A stretch of 61,279 bases of DNA, the filler included. It is 3 parts of 3 records of this genome, joined end to end, with 100 filler letters (N's around TTAATTAATTAA, not from the genome) between each part and the next. Parts side by side here need not be neighbours in the genome. Positions count along the whole stretch, not along the records: positions 42,803 to 61,279 come from SRR20825006_1529; 2 more parts are not named here. The stretch is one strand, 5' to 3'. The translations under genes and the position numbers were made by a program. Below, piece after piece: positions 51,762 through 61,279 of this stretch; position 1 is the stretch's first letter; the number at the start of each line of letters is the position of its first letter. The notes under the pieces were generated by a model. The model was not told the DNA's origin. It worked only from the letters and a program-made list of their open reading frames with translations, and searched no databases.

Positions 51762-53441
51762 TTAAAATTCGTCGGTTACACAGCCTTCAGAAGCTGATGA
51801 AACGGTTCGAGCATATTTATAGAGTTGGCCACTTTGTTCTTTAAGAGCAGGTTCAGTCCAACGCTGTTTTCTTTTCTCTAGTTCAGCGTCGGTTACATCT
51901 ACATTGATGGTGTTGTTTTCTGCATCAATACGGATGATGTCGCCATTTTGAATGAGTGCGATATTGCCACCAACTTGTGCCTCAGGTGTTACGTGGCCAA
52001 CAACAAATCCGTGTGAACCACCAGAAAATCTACCGTCGGTAATAAGAGCAACATCCTGGCCCAGACCAGCTCCCATAATAGCAGATGTTGGTTTGAGCAT
52101 TTCAGGCATGCCGGGACCGCCTTTTGGGCCAACATAACGAATGACTACAACATCACCTTTTTCAACGAGACCTTTACTAATTCCATCGTTGGTTTCATCT
52201 TCGCTGTCAAAAACTTTGGCAGGTCCTTCAAATAAAACACCTTCTTTCCCAGTGATTTTTGCTACGGAACCTTCAGTAGCAATATTTCCAAAAAGAATCT
52301 GGATGTGCCCATTTTTCTTAATCGGTTGGTCAAGTGGTTTAATTACTTGTTGATCGGCTTTTAATGGTTCAACCTCTGCTAAGTTTTCAGCAAGCGTTTT
52401 TCCAGTAACAGTGAGACAATCGCCATGAAGTAAACCGTTTTCTAGCATGTACTTCATAACAGCAGGAATTCCACCGGCTTTATGTAAATCTTCCATTACA
52501 AACTTACCGCTTGGTTTTAGATCACCTAAAAACGGGGTGGTGTCGCTGATGTGTTGGAAGTCAGGAAGTGTGAATTTTATATCGGCAGCTTTCGCAATGG
52601 CAAGTAAATGAAGGACCGCATTTGTTGAGCCGCCAAGAATGGTAACAAGCTTAAAAGCATTTACTAGTGACTTTTTGGTGATAATATCTTTAGGCTTTAA
52701 ATCCTTTTTGAGTAATTCAAGCAGATATGAACCTGCATCTTCACATTCAATAACTTTGCTGCTGTCATTTGCAGGATTAGAAGCGTTATAAGGTAATGTC
52801 ATTCCTAAAGCTTCAATTGCCGAAGCCATTGTATTAGCTGTGTACATACCACCACAAGCGCCTTTACCAGGACAAGCCAGTTGCACAATTTCTTTAAAGT
52901 CTTCGTCAGTAATAGCACCCGCTACTTTTTGTCCCCAAGCTTCAAATGCAGAAACAACATCCAATTTTTCGCCTTTGTGATAACCAGGTGCAATTGTTCC
53001 ACCATAAACTAAAATAGAAGGGCGGTTGATTCTCAGCATTGCCATAAGTGCGCCAGGCATGTTTTTATCGCAACCAACAATGGCAACCATTCCGTCGTAG
53101 CTCATACCTTTCACAACAGATTCCATCGAATCTGCAATCAAATCACGCGAAGGCAGCGAATATCGCATCCCAGGGGTTCCCATCGAAATCCCATCACTAA
53201 TGCCAATAGTGTTAAAAATAAGTCCAGTCATTTCGTTGGCTTGTACACCACGTTTTACATGCACCGCCAAATCGTTGAGATGCATATTACAAGGGTTGCC
53301 TTCATACCCAGTACTCGCCACACCAATCATTGGCTTTTTTAGATCTTCGTCGGTTAAACCCAGTGCATGAAGCATTGCTTGTGCTGCTGGTTGCGAGCCA
53401 TCTTGAGTGATGTGCTTACTGTATTTATTTAATTCTGACAT
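51762..53441 (-). CDS. ilvD: dihydroxy-acid dehydratase
   Basis: [41 protein letters not shown]. Confidence 0.97.
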   Translation of the reverse strand: MSELNKYSKHITQDGSQPAAQAMLHALGLTDEDLKKPMIGVASTGYEGNPCNMHLNDLAVHVKRGVQANEMTGLIFNTIGISDGISMGTPGMRYSLPSRDLIADSMESVVKGMSYDGMVAIVGCDKNMPGALMAMLRINRPSILVYGGTIAPGYHKGEKLDVVSAFEAWGQKVAGAITDEDFKEIVQLACPGKGACGGMYTANTMASAIEALGMTLPYNASNPANDSSKVIECEDAGSYLLELLKKDLKPKDIITKKSLVNAFKLVTILGGSTNAVLHLLAIAKAADIKFTLPDFQHISDTTPFLGDLKPSGKFVMEDLHKAGGIPAVMKYMLENGLLHGDCLTVTGKTLAENLAEVEPLKADQQVIKPLDQPIKKNGHIQILFGNIATEGSVAKITGKEGVLFEGPAKVFDSEDETNDGISKGLVEKGDVVVIRYVGPKGGPGMPEMLKPTSAIMGAGLGQDVALITDGRFSGGSHGFVVGHVTPEAQVGGNIALIQNGDIIRIDAENNTINVDVTDAELEKRKQRWTEPALKEQSGQLYKYARTVSSASEGCVTDEF

Positions 53442-53463
53442 ATAGGTGATTTAACTTAAGTGC

Positions 53464-53495
53464 AAAAAAAAAGCCTTCCGATTAGGGAAGGCTTT
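53464..53495 (-). terminator. attenuator terminator upstream of ilvD
   Basis: Minus strand AAAGCCTTCC-CTAATC-GGAAGGCTTT extending into a T run. Confidence 0.88.
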
Positions 53496-53518
53496 AGATA
53501 TTCAATATAGAATGATCA

Positions 53519-53596
53519 TCAACACAACTTCCCCGTTTGGTAAACTATACCAATGACTTGAATAATAATGACCGGAGAAATAATTGTTGAAAGCAT
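53519..53596 (-). CDS. ilv leader peptide MLSTIISPVIIIQVIGIVYQTGKLC
   Basis: 25 aa with 7 Ile, 3 Val, 2 Leu; its GGGAAG can pair with CTTCCC in the terminator 5' arm. Confidence 0.85.
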   Translation of the reverse strand: MLSTIISPVIIIQVIGIVYQTGKLC

Positions 53597-53697
53597 GATT
53601 AAAAATTTTTCTGACTCAAAGAAAAGCCTATTCTATATAAATACCAAGTTCATTATAACAGAAAATGAATAATAGTTGGGATGGCCAACATGAAATA

Positions 53698-55242
53698 TTA
53701 CGAATGTCGAGGCTTGAATTTGCTTTTAATGACATCCTGAACAGGTTTATTGTCAATTTTAGACTCAAGCCACGATATGATGTCCAAGTACAAGAACGGC
53801 CTTTTCTGATAGTCCATTTTGTTTATTTCTAACAAACGATTGCGAAGTGCAATAAACTCTTGGCGGACATTTCCCTCTTCAACACCACCTAAATTACGTA
53901 AGAATTTGAGGATTTCTTCTTGAACCATATTCAAGTCGTTCATCTTTCTAAGAAATCGATATACCGATCTAATTTGGTAATCTACATGCGACCGATTACC
54001 AAGTTCAAAGTGTGCAATCAGGTTTAGAATACGAGCAAAACAATGGATATCCTCTCTTAAACGTTGATCTGGATAGTTTATAATTTTGTTTAAATATTGA
54101 ATAGCCATTTTGTTATCACCTGCACCAAAATACAAACAAGCAATTTTATAGTAGAAGATTAGGATACGGTGGGGGTCAACTCGAGTAGAGAATGTCTCTA
54201 ATTTTTTGTTGAACTCAGGAACCAATTTAATACCCTCTGTAAAAGTTCCTGCAATAAAATGAGAGTTTATTTTGGATGTATAGGAATACATAAAGCCCAA
54301 AGTCTCGAAATTTTCATTTGTTCTTGAAGGTGGATTTTTGAGAAATTCTTCTAGATGTTTAACCTCTTGTTCGTGCTTTTCATAGTGTCCTAAAATAAAA
54401 AGTGCTTCAAGAAGAACGTGCATGCCTTTTATATACCAAATGGGCTCTAAAGCGAGCATGTCTGGATTCTTACGGAAAAGTTCTACCCACTTCTGTGAGT
54501 ATCGGTATTGAAGTAAAAAATCTTGAACGATTAAGCTATACCATGCATAGGAAACATAGAGATAATGCTCCTCAAAAAAGCCCAAATTTGTCAAATCTAA
54601 TCCTTCTAAAGCATCCTGAAAGAATTTCTGAGTATTCTTGAAATCAGCTTCATTCCTAACATGTCCGGCTTTGATGTAAATACCATAAAGTCTTAAAGAT
54701 AGATTGGATAAGGTGTTGTAGCGCGAAAGGGATTCTAACGTATCTTCTGTTTGCTGAATGAGGTCATCGGCTCTGTTTCTCAAGCTCCTTGTGATATACT
54801 GAGACTCAATAATTTTTTCGAATACAAGTACTTCGAAAGAGAGCGTAGTTCGATGATTGTGCGCTGCAACTTCTTTAGCTTTTTCTAGAATTCTAAGGCT
54901 TTGTTTGTACAAACCTTTGTTGTACAAAATCCGAGCGTAATCAATTTGCTCACGTAGCTGAATGTCAACATTATGGCTAATATTAATAAGACGTAAGCTC
55001 ACTAATATTTGCTTATAAAGATGCGCTTTTAAGTTAGATAATTGCCGTTTTTGAATGCCTTTTACCTTTTTAATGATGACTTCTTCATCATAGTCATGAG
55101 ACTTATCGATAGCATCAAAAAGCTGGATAAATTTGGCATCCTCACTGCTCGTGCGTGTAGCATAAATCTTGAAACCACGTTTTTCGGCTTTAGTAAGCGA
55201 TTTTATAAGCTGAAAAAGATGATCATTCGGGTGGTTAGACAT
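53698..55242 (-). CDS. uncharacterised 514-aa helical (TPR-like) protein, candidate regulator
   Basis: N-terminal LFQLIKSLTKAEKR.FK...LSNLKAHLYKQILVSLR; TPR-like YYKIACLYFGAGD..AIQYLNKI; no signal peptide; divergent from leuA. Confidence 0.75.
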   Translation of the reverse strand: MSNHPNDHLFQLIKSLTKAEKRGFKIYATRTSSEDAKFIQLFDAIDKSHDYDEEVIIKKVKGIQKRQLSNLKAHLYKQILVSLRLINISHNVDIQLREQIDYARILYNKGLYKQSLRILEKAKEVAAHNHRTTLSFEVLVFEKIIESQYITRSLRNRADDLIQQTEDTLESLSRYNTLSNLSLRLYGIYIKAGHVRNEADFKNTQKFFQDALEGLDLTNLGFFEEHYLYVSYAWYSLIVQDFLLQYRYSQKWVELFRKNPDMLALEPIWYIKGMHVLLEALFILGHYEKHEQEVKHLEEFLKNPPSRTNENFETLGFMYSYTSKINSHFIAGTFTEGIKLVPEFNKKLETFSTRVDPHRILIFYYKIACLYFGAGDNKMAIQYLNKIINYPDQRLREDIHCFARILNLIAHFELGNRSHVDYQIRSVYRFLRKMNDLNMVQEEILKFLRNLGGVEEGNVRQEFIALRNRLLEINKMDYQKRPFLYLDIISWLESKIDNKPVQDVIKSKFKPRHS

Positions 55243-55446
55243 TGTAGAATAGTAATCTCTAAATGATAGTTAAGATTTTGTTATAAATAGCTTTAAATAA
55301 GTACCTAAGTGCATTGGGTATCGTAATATACTTTTATTCTGGTTTTATAAGTATACAGACACCTTATACCTTCGGCCTCGTAATTACTTGAACTTTGACC
55401 GGAGAGAGTAATATACCTTGTTGTTAAGTTAGAAATCCCAAGTTTA

Positions 55447-56610
55447 ATGCCAAACAAACGAATACAGATTTTTGACACCACTCTTCGTGATGGTGAGCAG
55501 GTACCTGGTTGCCAGCTTAACACTGATGAGAAAATAGAAGTGGCCATAGCTTTAGAAGCTCTTGGCGTAGATGTGATGGAAGTAGGTTTTCCTATTTCTA
55601 GCCCGGGAGATTTCCAATCAGTTGAGAAAATTTCCGAAATTATTAAGAATACAACGGTTTGTGCACTTTCTAGAGCAGTTGAGAAAGACATTGAAGTTGC
55701 TGCAGAAGCTCTTAAAAAAGCAGCTCGTCCGCGTATTCATACCGGTATTGGAACGTCTGATAGCCATATTTACGATAAGCTAAAATCTACCCGCGAAAAA
55801 GTTATTGAGCGTGGAGTTGCAGCTGTAAAATATGCAAAGAGTTTTGTTGAAGACGTAGAGTTTTATGCCGAAGATGCGGGTAGAACTGAGAATGAATTTC
55901 TTGCAAAAATAATTGAAGAAGTAATTGCGGCAGGAGCTACAGTAGTAAATATTCCCGATACTACGGGGTATTGCTTACCTTGGGACTATGGTGCAAAAAT
56001 TCAATATCTAGTTGAGAACGTGAAAGGGATAGACCGTGTAGCAATTTCAACACATTGCCATAATGATTTAGGCCTTGCAACGGCAAACTCTGTGGCTGGG
56101 GTTGTTCATGGAGCAACACAGGTAGAGTGTACCATTAATGGAATTGGCGAACGCGCAGGTAATGCTTCTCTAGAAGAAGTAGTGATGATTTTAAGGCAAC
56201 AAAAAGGCTTAGATTATGATACAGGCATAAACTCAAGATGTTTGAAATCAATGAGTGAACTTGTTTCCACAAGAATGCGCATGCCAGTTCAACCTAATAA
56301 AGCCATAGTAGGCTCAAATGCTTTTGCACATTCGTCTGGGATACATCAAGATGGTGTGATTAAAAGTAGAGAAACGTATGAAATTATAGATCCTCATGAA
56401 GTTGGTGTGGGAGAATCTTCTATTGTACTAACTGCGAGAAGTGGTAGAGCTGCGCTTAGATTTAGAGCCGAGAAACTAGGTTTCAGTATCACAAAAGATG
56501 AATTAGAATCAGTGTATCAAGAATTTTTAGCGGTAGCTGATGAGAGAAAAGTTGTTCAGGATGCAGATCTTATAAAACTATTTTCTCAAACTTCATCACA
56601 AACAGCCTAA
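55447..56610 (+). CDS. leuA: 2-isopropylmalate synthase (short form)
   Basis: [32 protein letters not shown]; 387 aa. Confidence 0.95.
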   Translation: MPNKRIQIFDTTLRDGEQVPGCQLNTDEKIEVAIALEALGVDVMEVGFPISSPGDFQSVEKISEIIKNTTVCALSRAVEKDIEVAAEALKKAARPRIHTGIGTSDSHIYDKLKSTREKVIERGVAAVKYAKSFVEDVEFYAEDAGRTENEFLAKIIEEVIAAGATVVNIPDTTGYCLPWDYGAKIQYLVENVKGIDRVAISTHCHNDLGLATANSVAGVVHGATQVECTINGIGERAGNASLEEVVMILRQQKGLDYDTGINSRCLKSMSELVSTRMRMPVQPNKAIVGSNAFAHSSGIHQDGVIKSRETYEIIDPHEVGVGESSIVLTARSGRAALRFRAEKLGFSITKDELESVYQEFLAVADERKVVQDADLIKLFSQTSSQTA

Positions 56611-56622
56611 TACAGATTTTTT

Positions 56623-58032
56623 ATGGGTAAGACCTTATTTGAGAAAGCATGGAATCGCCATATTGTAGACACCGTAGAAGGTGGACAAGAGATTCTCTAT
56701 ATCGATAGCCACTTAATTCACGAAGTTACAAGCCCTCAAGCATTTGAGGGAATTAGAAAACGTGGAACTGGGCTCTTTCGGAAAGAACGAATTGTTGCCA
56801 CAGCAGATCATAACGTGCCAACAAAGGATCAGCATCTTCCTATTAGAGATTTACTTTCCAAATTTCAAGTAGATACGCTCATTCAAAATTGCGAAGAGTT
56901 TGGAATTGAACTGTATGGCTTAGGACATCCATTTCAGGGAATAGTACATGTAATTGGGCCTGAATTGGGCATTACAAAACCTGGAATGACTATTGTTTGT
57001 GGCGATAGCCACACTTCAACACATGGCGCATTTGGTGCAATAGCTTTTGGAATTGGAACGTCTCAAGTTGAGCAGGTTATGGCTACTCAGTGCTTGTTAT
57101 TGCAACGGCCTAAAACTATGCGAATCACAATTGATGGGGAATTAGGCAAAGGTGTATACTCAAAAGATATTATTCTGCACATTATTTCGAAGTTGACAAC
57201 AGCTGGAGGAACTGGGCATTTTGTTGAGTATGCAGGTTCTGCAATCAGAGCATTGTCTATGGAAGCTCGAATGACGATTTGTAATATGAGTATTGAGATG
57301 GGAGCACGTGGAGGAATGATTGCTCCAGACGAGGTAACCTTCGAATATATTAAAGGCCGAGAATTCGCCCCGAAAGGTGAGGAGTTCGAGAAAGCTGTAG
57401 AATTTTGGAGTACACTTTATTCTGATGAAGATGCTGCCTTTGATGCAGAATATCATTTCAATGCAGAAGATATTGAGCCGATGATAACGTATGGTACCAA
57501 TCCAGGAATGGGAATTGGTATCACGCAAAAAATTCCTCAAAAGTCTAGTATCGGTGGCGAGGCTAGCTTCAAAAGCTCGTTAGAATATATGGGACTAGAA
57601 CCCGATGAAGTGCTTCTTGGAAAGAAGATTAACCACGTTTTTATTGGAAGCTGTACAAACAGTAGAATTGAAGATTTAAGAATTGTTGCCGGTTTTGTAA
57701 AGGGCAAGAAAAAAGCTAGCCATGTGCAAGCAATGATTGTTCCAGGCTCTAAACAAGTAGAGGAGCAAGCGAGAAAAGAAGGGCTTCATCAAATATTAGA
57801 AGACGCTGGTTTTGAGCTTAGAAGTCCGGGTTGCTCTGCTTGTTTAGGAATGAATGACGATAAAGTTCCGAAAGGCGAATACTGTGTTTCCACATCGAAT
57901 AGAAATTTTGAAGGCCGACAAGGTCCTGGTGCTCGAACAATGCTAGTAAGTCCACTTACGGCGGCGGTTATCGCAGTAGAAGGGAAAATCGTAGATGTAA
58001 GAAATTACCTAGAAGAAGGAGTAACTGCATAA
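56623..58032 (+). CDS. leuC: 3-isopropylmalate dehydratase large subunit
   Basis: [50 protein letters not shown]. Confidence 0.97.
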   Translation: MGKTLFEKAWNRHIVDTVEGGQEILYIDSHLIHEVTSPQAFEGIRKRGTGLFRKERIVATADHNVPTKDQHLPIRDLLSKFQVDTLIQNCEEFGIELYGLGHPFQGIVHVIGPELGITKPGMTIVCGDSHTSTHGAFGAIAFGIGTSQVEQVMATQCLLLQRPKTMRITIDGELGKGVYSKDIILHIISKLTTAGGTGHFVEYAGSAIRALSMEARMTICNMSIEMGARGGMIAPDEVTFEYIKGREFAPKGEEFEKAVEFWSTLYSDEDAAFDAEYHFNAEDIEPMITYGTNPGMGIGITQKIPQKSSIGGEASFKSSLEYMGLEPDEVLLGKKINHVFIGSCTNSRIEDLRIVAGFVKGKKKASHVQAMIVPGSKQVEEQARKEGLHQILEDAGFELRSPGCSACLGMNDDKVPKGEYCVSTSNRNFEGRQGPGARTMLVSPLTAAVIAVEGKIVDVRNYLEEGVTA

Positions 58033-58625
58033 TGGAAAAGTTTATAAAGTTAGAAACCACCATTGTTCCATTGCCAGCTCAGGATATTGATACAGATCAG
58101 ATTATACCTGCTAGGTTTTTGAAAGCGACCTCGAGAGAGGGCTTTGGCGAAAATCTATTTAGAGATTGGCGTTACGACGAACAGGGGGAGCCAAAACCTA
58201 ATTTTGTACTCAACAGTACTGTTTTTTCAGGGAGTGTACTTGTAGCTGGAAAGAATTTTGGATGTGGTTCAAGTAGAGAGCATGCAGCTTGGGCATTATA
58301 CGATTATGGTTTCAGAGCGGTAGTTTCTAGTTATTTTGCAGATATCTTTAAGGGTAATGCACTTAACAACGGTCTCCTACCTATTCAAGTAAGCGAAGAT
58401 TTTTTAACACAGATTTTTAAGGAAGTTGAAAAAGATTCGACAAGAGAAGTAGAGATAGATCTTGAAGCTCAGACGATCAGCATTCCAACTCTTGGGCTGA
58501 GTGAAAATTTTGAGATAAATTCTTACAAAAAAACATGCTTAATGAATGGCTATGATGATATCGACTTTCTGATTAGCAAAAAGAAACAAATAGAAGAATT
58601 CGAGAAAAATTACGTAGGGTACTAG
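58032..58625 (+). CDS. leuD: 3-isopropylmalate dehydratase small subunit
   Basis: [33 protein letters not shown]. Confidence 0.97.
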   Translation: MEKFIKLETTIVPLPAQDIDTDQIIPARFLKATSREGFGENLFRDWRYDEQGEPKPNFVLNSTVFSGSVLVAGKNFGCGSSREHAAWALYDYGFRAVVSSYFADIFKGNALNNGLLPIQVSEDFLTQIFKEVEKDSTREVEIDLEAQTISIPTLGLSENFEINSYKKTCLMNGYDDIDFLISKKKQIEEFEKNYVGY

Positions 58626-58628
58626 GTT

Positions 58629-59744
58629 ATGAAGAAGAGAATTGCAGTTTTAGCCGGAGACGGCATCGGGCCAGAAGTGATAAAGCAGGCTAGAAAAGTA
58701 TTAGATGCTATTGCACAGAAATTTCATCATGAGTTTACATACGATTATGCTCTTGTTGGGGCAATTGCAATCGATGAAACTGGAAATCCTCTTCCTGATG
58801 ACACCATTGAAGCTTGTAGAATCGCTGATGCTGTTCTTTTTGGTGCCATAGGCGACCCAAAGTATGATAACGACCCAAATGCCAAAATTCGGCCAGAGCA
58901 AGGTTTACTTCGCCTTAGAAAAGAATTGGGCTTGTTCGGGAATATTAGACCAGTTCAATTATTTTCCTCGCTGATTTCTCGATCTCCACTAAAAGAAGAA
59001 CGTATTAAAGGAACAGATTTAGTTGTTTACAGAGAGCTAACAGGTGGAATTTATTTTGGTGAAAAAGGCCGTAGCGAAGATGGGAAGTCGGCATTTGACC
59101 ATTGCGAGTATTCAGTAGAAGAAATTGAACGAATTGCTAAGTTGGCATTTGAGGCCGCTTTAAGAAGAAGAAAGAAACTTACTCTTGTAGATAAAGCAAA
59201 TGTGCTAGAAACTTCACGACTTTGGCGAGAAGTGGTTCAAGTAATGGCGCTTAGCTACCCAGATGTTGAAGTGGAATACCTGTTTGTTGATAATGCGGCA
59301 ATGCAGATTATTCTGCGCCCAAATCAATTTGACGTTATTCTAACAGAGAATATGTTTGGTGATATAATTTCAGATGAGGCAAGTGTGATAACGGGCTCAA
59401 TCGGATTGCTTCCATCTGCCTCTGTAGGCGAACAAACATCATTATTCGAACCCATTCATGGTAGCTTTCCACAGGCAACAGGTAAAGATATCGCAAATCC
59501 AATTGCGGCTATTCTTTCTGTAGCTATGATGTTGGAAAGTTTTGAAATGCTTGAAGAAGCACAGTTGGTCCGCAGTGTAGTAGAACGCGTAATTAGCAAA
59601 GGACTGGTAACGCCAGATCTAAATCCTGATAGCCATGCAAGTTGCTCTAAAGTAGGGGATGTAGTGAGTCTGCTAATCGAAACTGAACTACCTATTGAAA
59701 CCTCGTTTGAAAATCTATTTGAGGGAAGTTTACCGTTTATCTAA
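58629..59744 (+). CDS. leuB: 3-isopropylmalate dehydrogenase
   Basis: GDGIGPEV, RPEQGLLRLRK, RELTGGIYFG, VDKANVL, NMFGDIISD, EPIHGS. Confidence 0.97.
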   Translation: MKKRIAVLAGDGIGPEVIKQARKVLDAIAQKFHHEFTYDYALVGAIAIDETGNPLPDDTIEACRIADAVLFGAIGDPKYDNDPNAKIRPEQGLLRLRKELGLFGNIRPVQLFSSLISRSPLKEERIKGTDLVVYRELTGGIYFGEKGRSEDGKSAFDHCEYSVEEIERIAKLAFEAALRRRKKLTLVDKANVLETSRLWREVVQVMALSYPDVEVEYLFVDNAAMQIILRPNQFDVILTENMFGDIISDEASVITGSIGLLPSASVGEQTSLFEPIHGSFPQATGKDIANPIAAILSVAMMLESFEMLEEAQLVRSVVERVISKGLVTPDLNPDSHASCSKVGDVVSLLIETELPIETSFENLFEGSLPFI

Positions 59745-59749
59745 GCCGA

Positions 59750-60730
59750 TTATTCTTGGTTTTCATAGTACCAAAAGGCATCAATAATATCTAAATAAAC
59801 GCCATCAAAGCCGGCATCAAGGATTCTTTGCAAATAGGAATTATCGTTTCCGTAGATATATTTTTGCCAATCAGAATCCCAATATTCTACTTTGAAGTTT
59901 CCTTCCCAATTAGGGTTTTCATCATCGAGCCATGTTGGCGTACCTGGTTCCCATTCATCTTTCCAGTAATATCTAAAATCGCCAGCTTCACCAATACTCA
60001 TATAGGCAATAAGTAGTCGTTCACCACCATTTTTCTTGGTATTAATTATCTCTAAGTCTGCAGTAGAGAATGTGGTGGTATCATAAAAAGCATCCATTAT
60101 AACTACATCATAATTTGTTTGAGAGATAGTGTGAAGTATGGATTCTTTCGACTCAAATTCACCATCATCAAGCAAGTAAAGGAAGTTCTTAGCTTGGCTA
60201 ATTGAAGTAATGTCGTTTGCGTTCTCATTCCTCTTAGTTACAGGATATCTGGGGATGGAATTCAAACCTCGTGAGTATGCAGCAAAAGAAAGGTAGCCAA
60301 GCTCTGAATTCTTTTTGATTGAGTCATCTACTTTAGAAGGAATCGAAATGTAATCGGTTATTAGTACTTCTTTTCCTTCAGAAGCACCTATTTTTAGAAA
60401 ATCGTTAATGTACTTGGTGTCTTCAACTTTTGTTGGGATGTCTTCGCCTTCATACCCATAAAAAAAATCTTCTTGGCCTAGAGCATCGATTGCAGCTAAA
60501 TAGCTTGTTGCGGGCATCCCGTCAGGTTCGCCATTCTGAGAAAGTAACTCATGTCCATTTTGAGGAATAACAATAAAGCCTGGATTTTGTGATTTAGAAA
60601 ATTTTGAAATTTCAATAACAAAAGAACGCATTTCTTCTCTGTAGTCAATTCCAGTATCATGGGAGGTGCTATTGTCGGAAGAGCACTGAAAAACCATGAA
60701 TATGAAAAGAATGAATAGAATAGGGCGCAT
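59750..60730 (-). CDS. GH114/TM1410-like endo-alpha-1,4-polygalactosaminidase family lipoprotein
   Basis: Lipobox-like VFQC; IVIPQNG, IAYMSIGEA..RYYW, ENPNWEGN, GFDGVYLD. Confidence 0.85.
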   Translation of the reverse strand: MRPILFILFIFMVFQCSSDNSTSHDTGIDYREEMRSFVIEISKFSKSQNPGFIVIPQNGHELLSQNGEPDGMPATSYLAAIDALGQEDFFYGYEGEDIPTKVEDTKYINDFLKIGASEGKEVLITDYISIPSKVDDSIKKNSELGYLSFAAYSRGLNSIPRYPVTKRNENANDITSISQAKNFLYLLDDGEFESKESILHTISQTNYDVVIMDAFYDTTTFSTADLEIINTKKNGGERLLIAYMSIGEAGDFRYYWKDEWEPGTPTWLDDENPNWEGNFKVEYWDSDWQKYIYGNDNSYLQRILDAGFDGVYLDIIDAFWYYENQE

Positions 60731-61063
60731 ATGCTCTGATTAAAGAGGTTGGGGAATCAATACGATTATGATTTAAAATAGTAAGGAAAAATTAAAAACT
60801 TTGTATAGACAAGCAGAACAAAATTTAAAGGTGCTTTGGGGACTTGAAACCTTCAGAATGAGGCAAAACAATGGGCTGTGTTCTGAATTAGTTCGAATAG
60901 TTATCTATAAGGATATTAGGATAGCTTTGATATCCAACCTCTTAGACTACAAATAGGTTGAAAATGATATGTAAATCAATGAAAATTTAAGAAGCATTCT
61001 TTGTTAATATCAATTTAAACTTTATACTTTAAGTCAAATAAATTATTTAGTTAAGGTGTAAAT

Positions 61064-61279
61064 ATGTTTAAGAAAGCGATGACCTCATTCAAAATTGTAG
61101 GCTCTTTTTTAATGATAAGTTTTTTTATTGTCATTTCTAGTGCCCAAGCTCAGGACTCATTACATGTAGACACACTAATAGCCTATTATCCTTTTTCGGG
61201 AAGTGCTATGGATTCTAGCGGGTTTGGCAACGACGGAGAAGTGTTTGGAGCGACTTTAACCGAAGATCGATTTGGAAAC
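61064..61279 (+). CDS. secreted LamG-like domain protein, partial (runs off window)
   Basis: Hand translation: signal peptide, then LIAYYPFSGSAMDSSGFGNDGEVFGATLTEDRFGN. Confidence 0.8.
   Translation, partial: MFKKAMTSFKIVGSFLMISFFIVISSAQAQDSLHVDTLIAYYPFSGSAMDSSGFGNDGEVFGATLTEDRFGN

Overview
The window is three unrelated contigs joined by two artificial 100-bp linkers (44 N + TTAATTAATTAA + 44 N at 24993-25092 and 42703-42802), so no gene linkage should be inferred across them. Contig 1 (1-24992; AT-rich, Bacteroidota/Flavobacteriales-like by protein families) is mostly housekeeping: FKBP, TraB/GumN, CCA-adding enzyme, rimK with its protease, a Pif1-like helicase, a double SpoVK/CbbX-type AAA ATPase, a TPR-SpoIIE sensor phosphatase, mazEF and a truncated icmF. 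It also has a YfgM-like TPR fused to a PpiD-like chaperone, a signal peptidase I paralogue lacking the catalytic dyad, and a small sigma54-type transcription unit. Contig 2 (25093-42702; gammaproteobacterial, Marinobacter-like by inference) starts at a tRNA 3' end. It carries a candidate sigma54 sRNA, rnk-gdhA, and a ~6.1-kb block bracketed by a ~90-bp degenerate direct repeat. An NsrR/NnrS nitric-oxide cluster with visible NsrR boxes and a molybdate/tungstate uptake cluster follow. The bracketed block holds the most novel-looking system: an ECF sigma factor with no visible anti-sigma gene and a C-terminal RC motif, a Tat-exported cupredoxin, a His-motif periplasmic protein and an Ig-tethered di-heme cytochrome c lipoprotein. 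All three transcription units of this module are preceded by the same promoter-like motif, G[TA]AACCTTTT-N10-GCATCTG. Contig 3 (42803-61279; Bacteroidota/Balneolota-like) holds purU, ilvA, bioY, ilvD-ilvB-ilvN-ilvC with an Ile/Val leader-peptide attenuator, leuACDB divergent from an uncharacterised 514-aa helical protein, a GH114-like lipoprotein and the start of a LamG-domain protein. All family calls come from motif recognition by eye; no database search was run.
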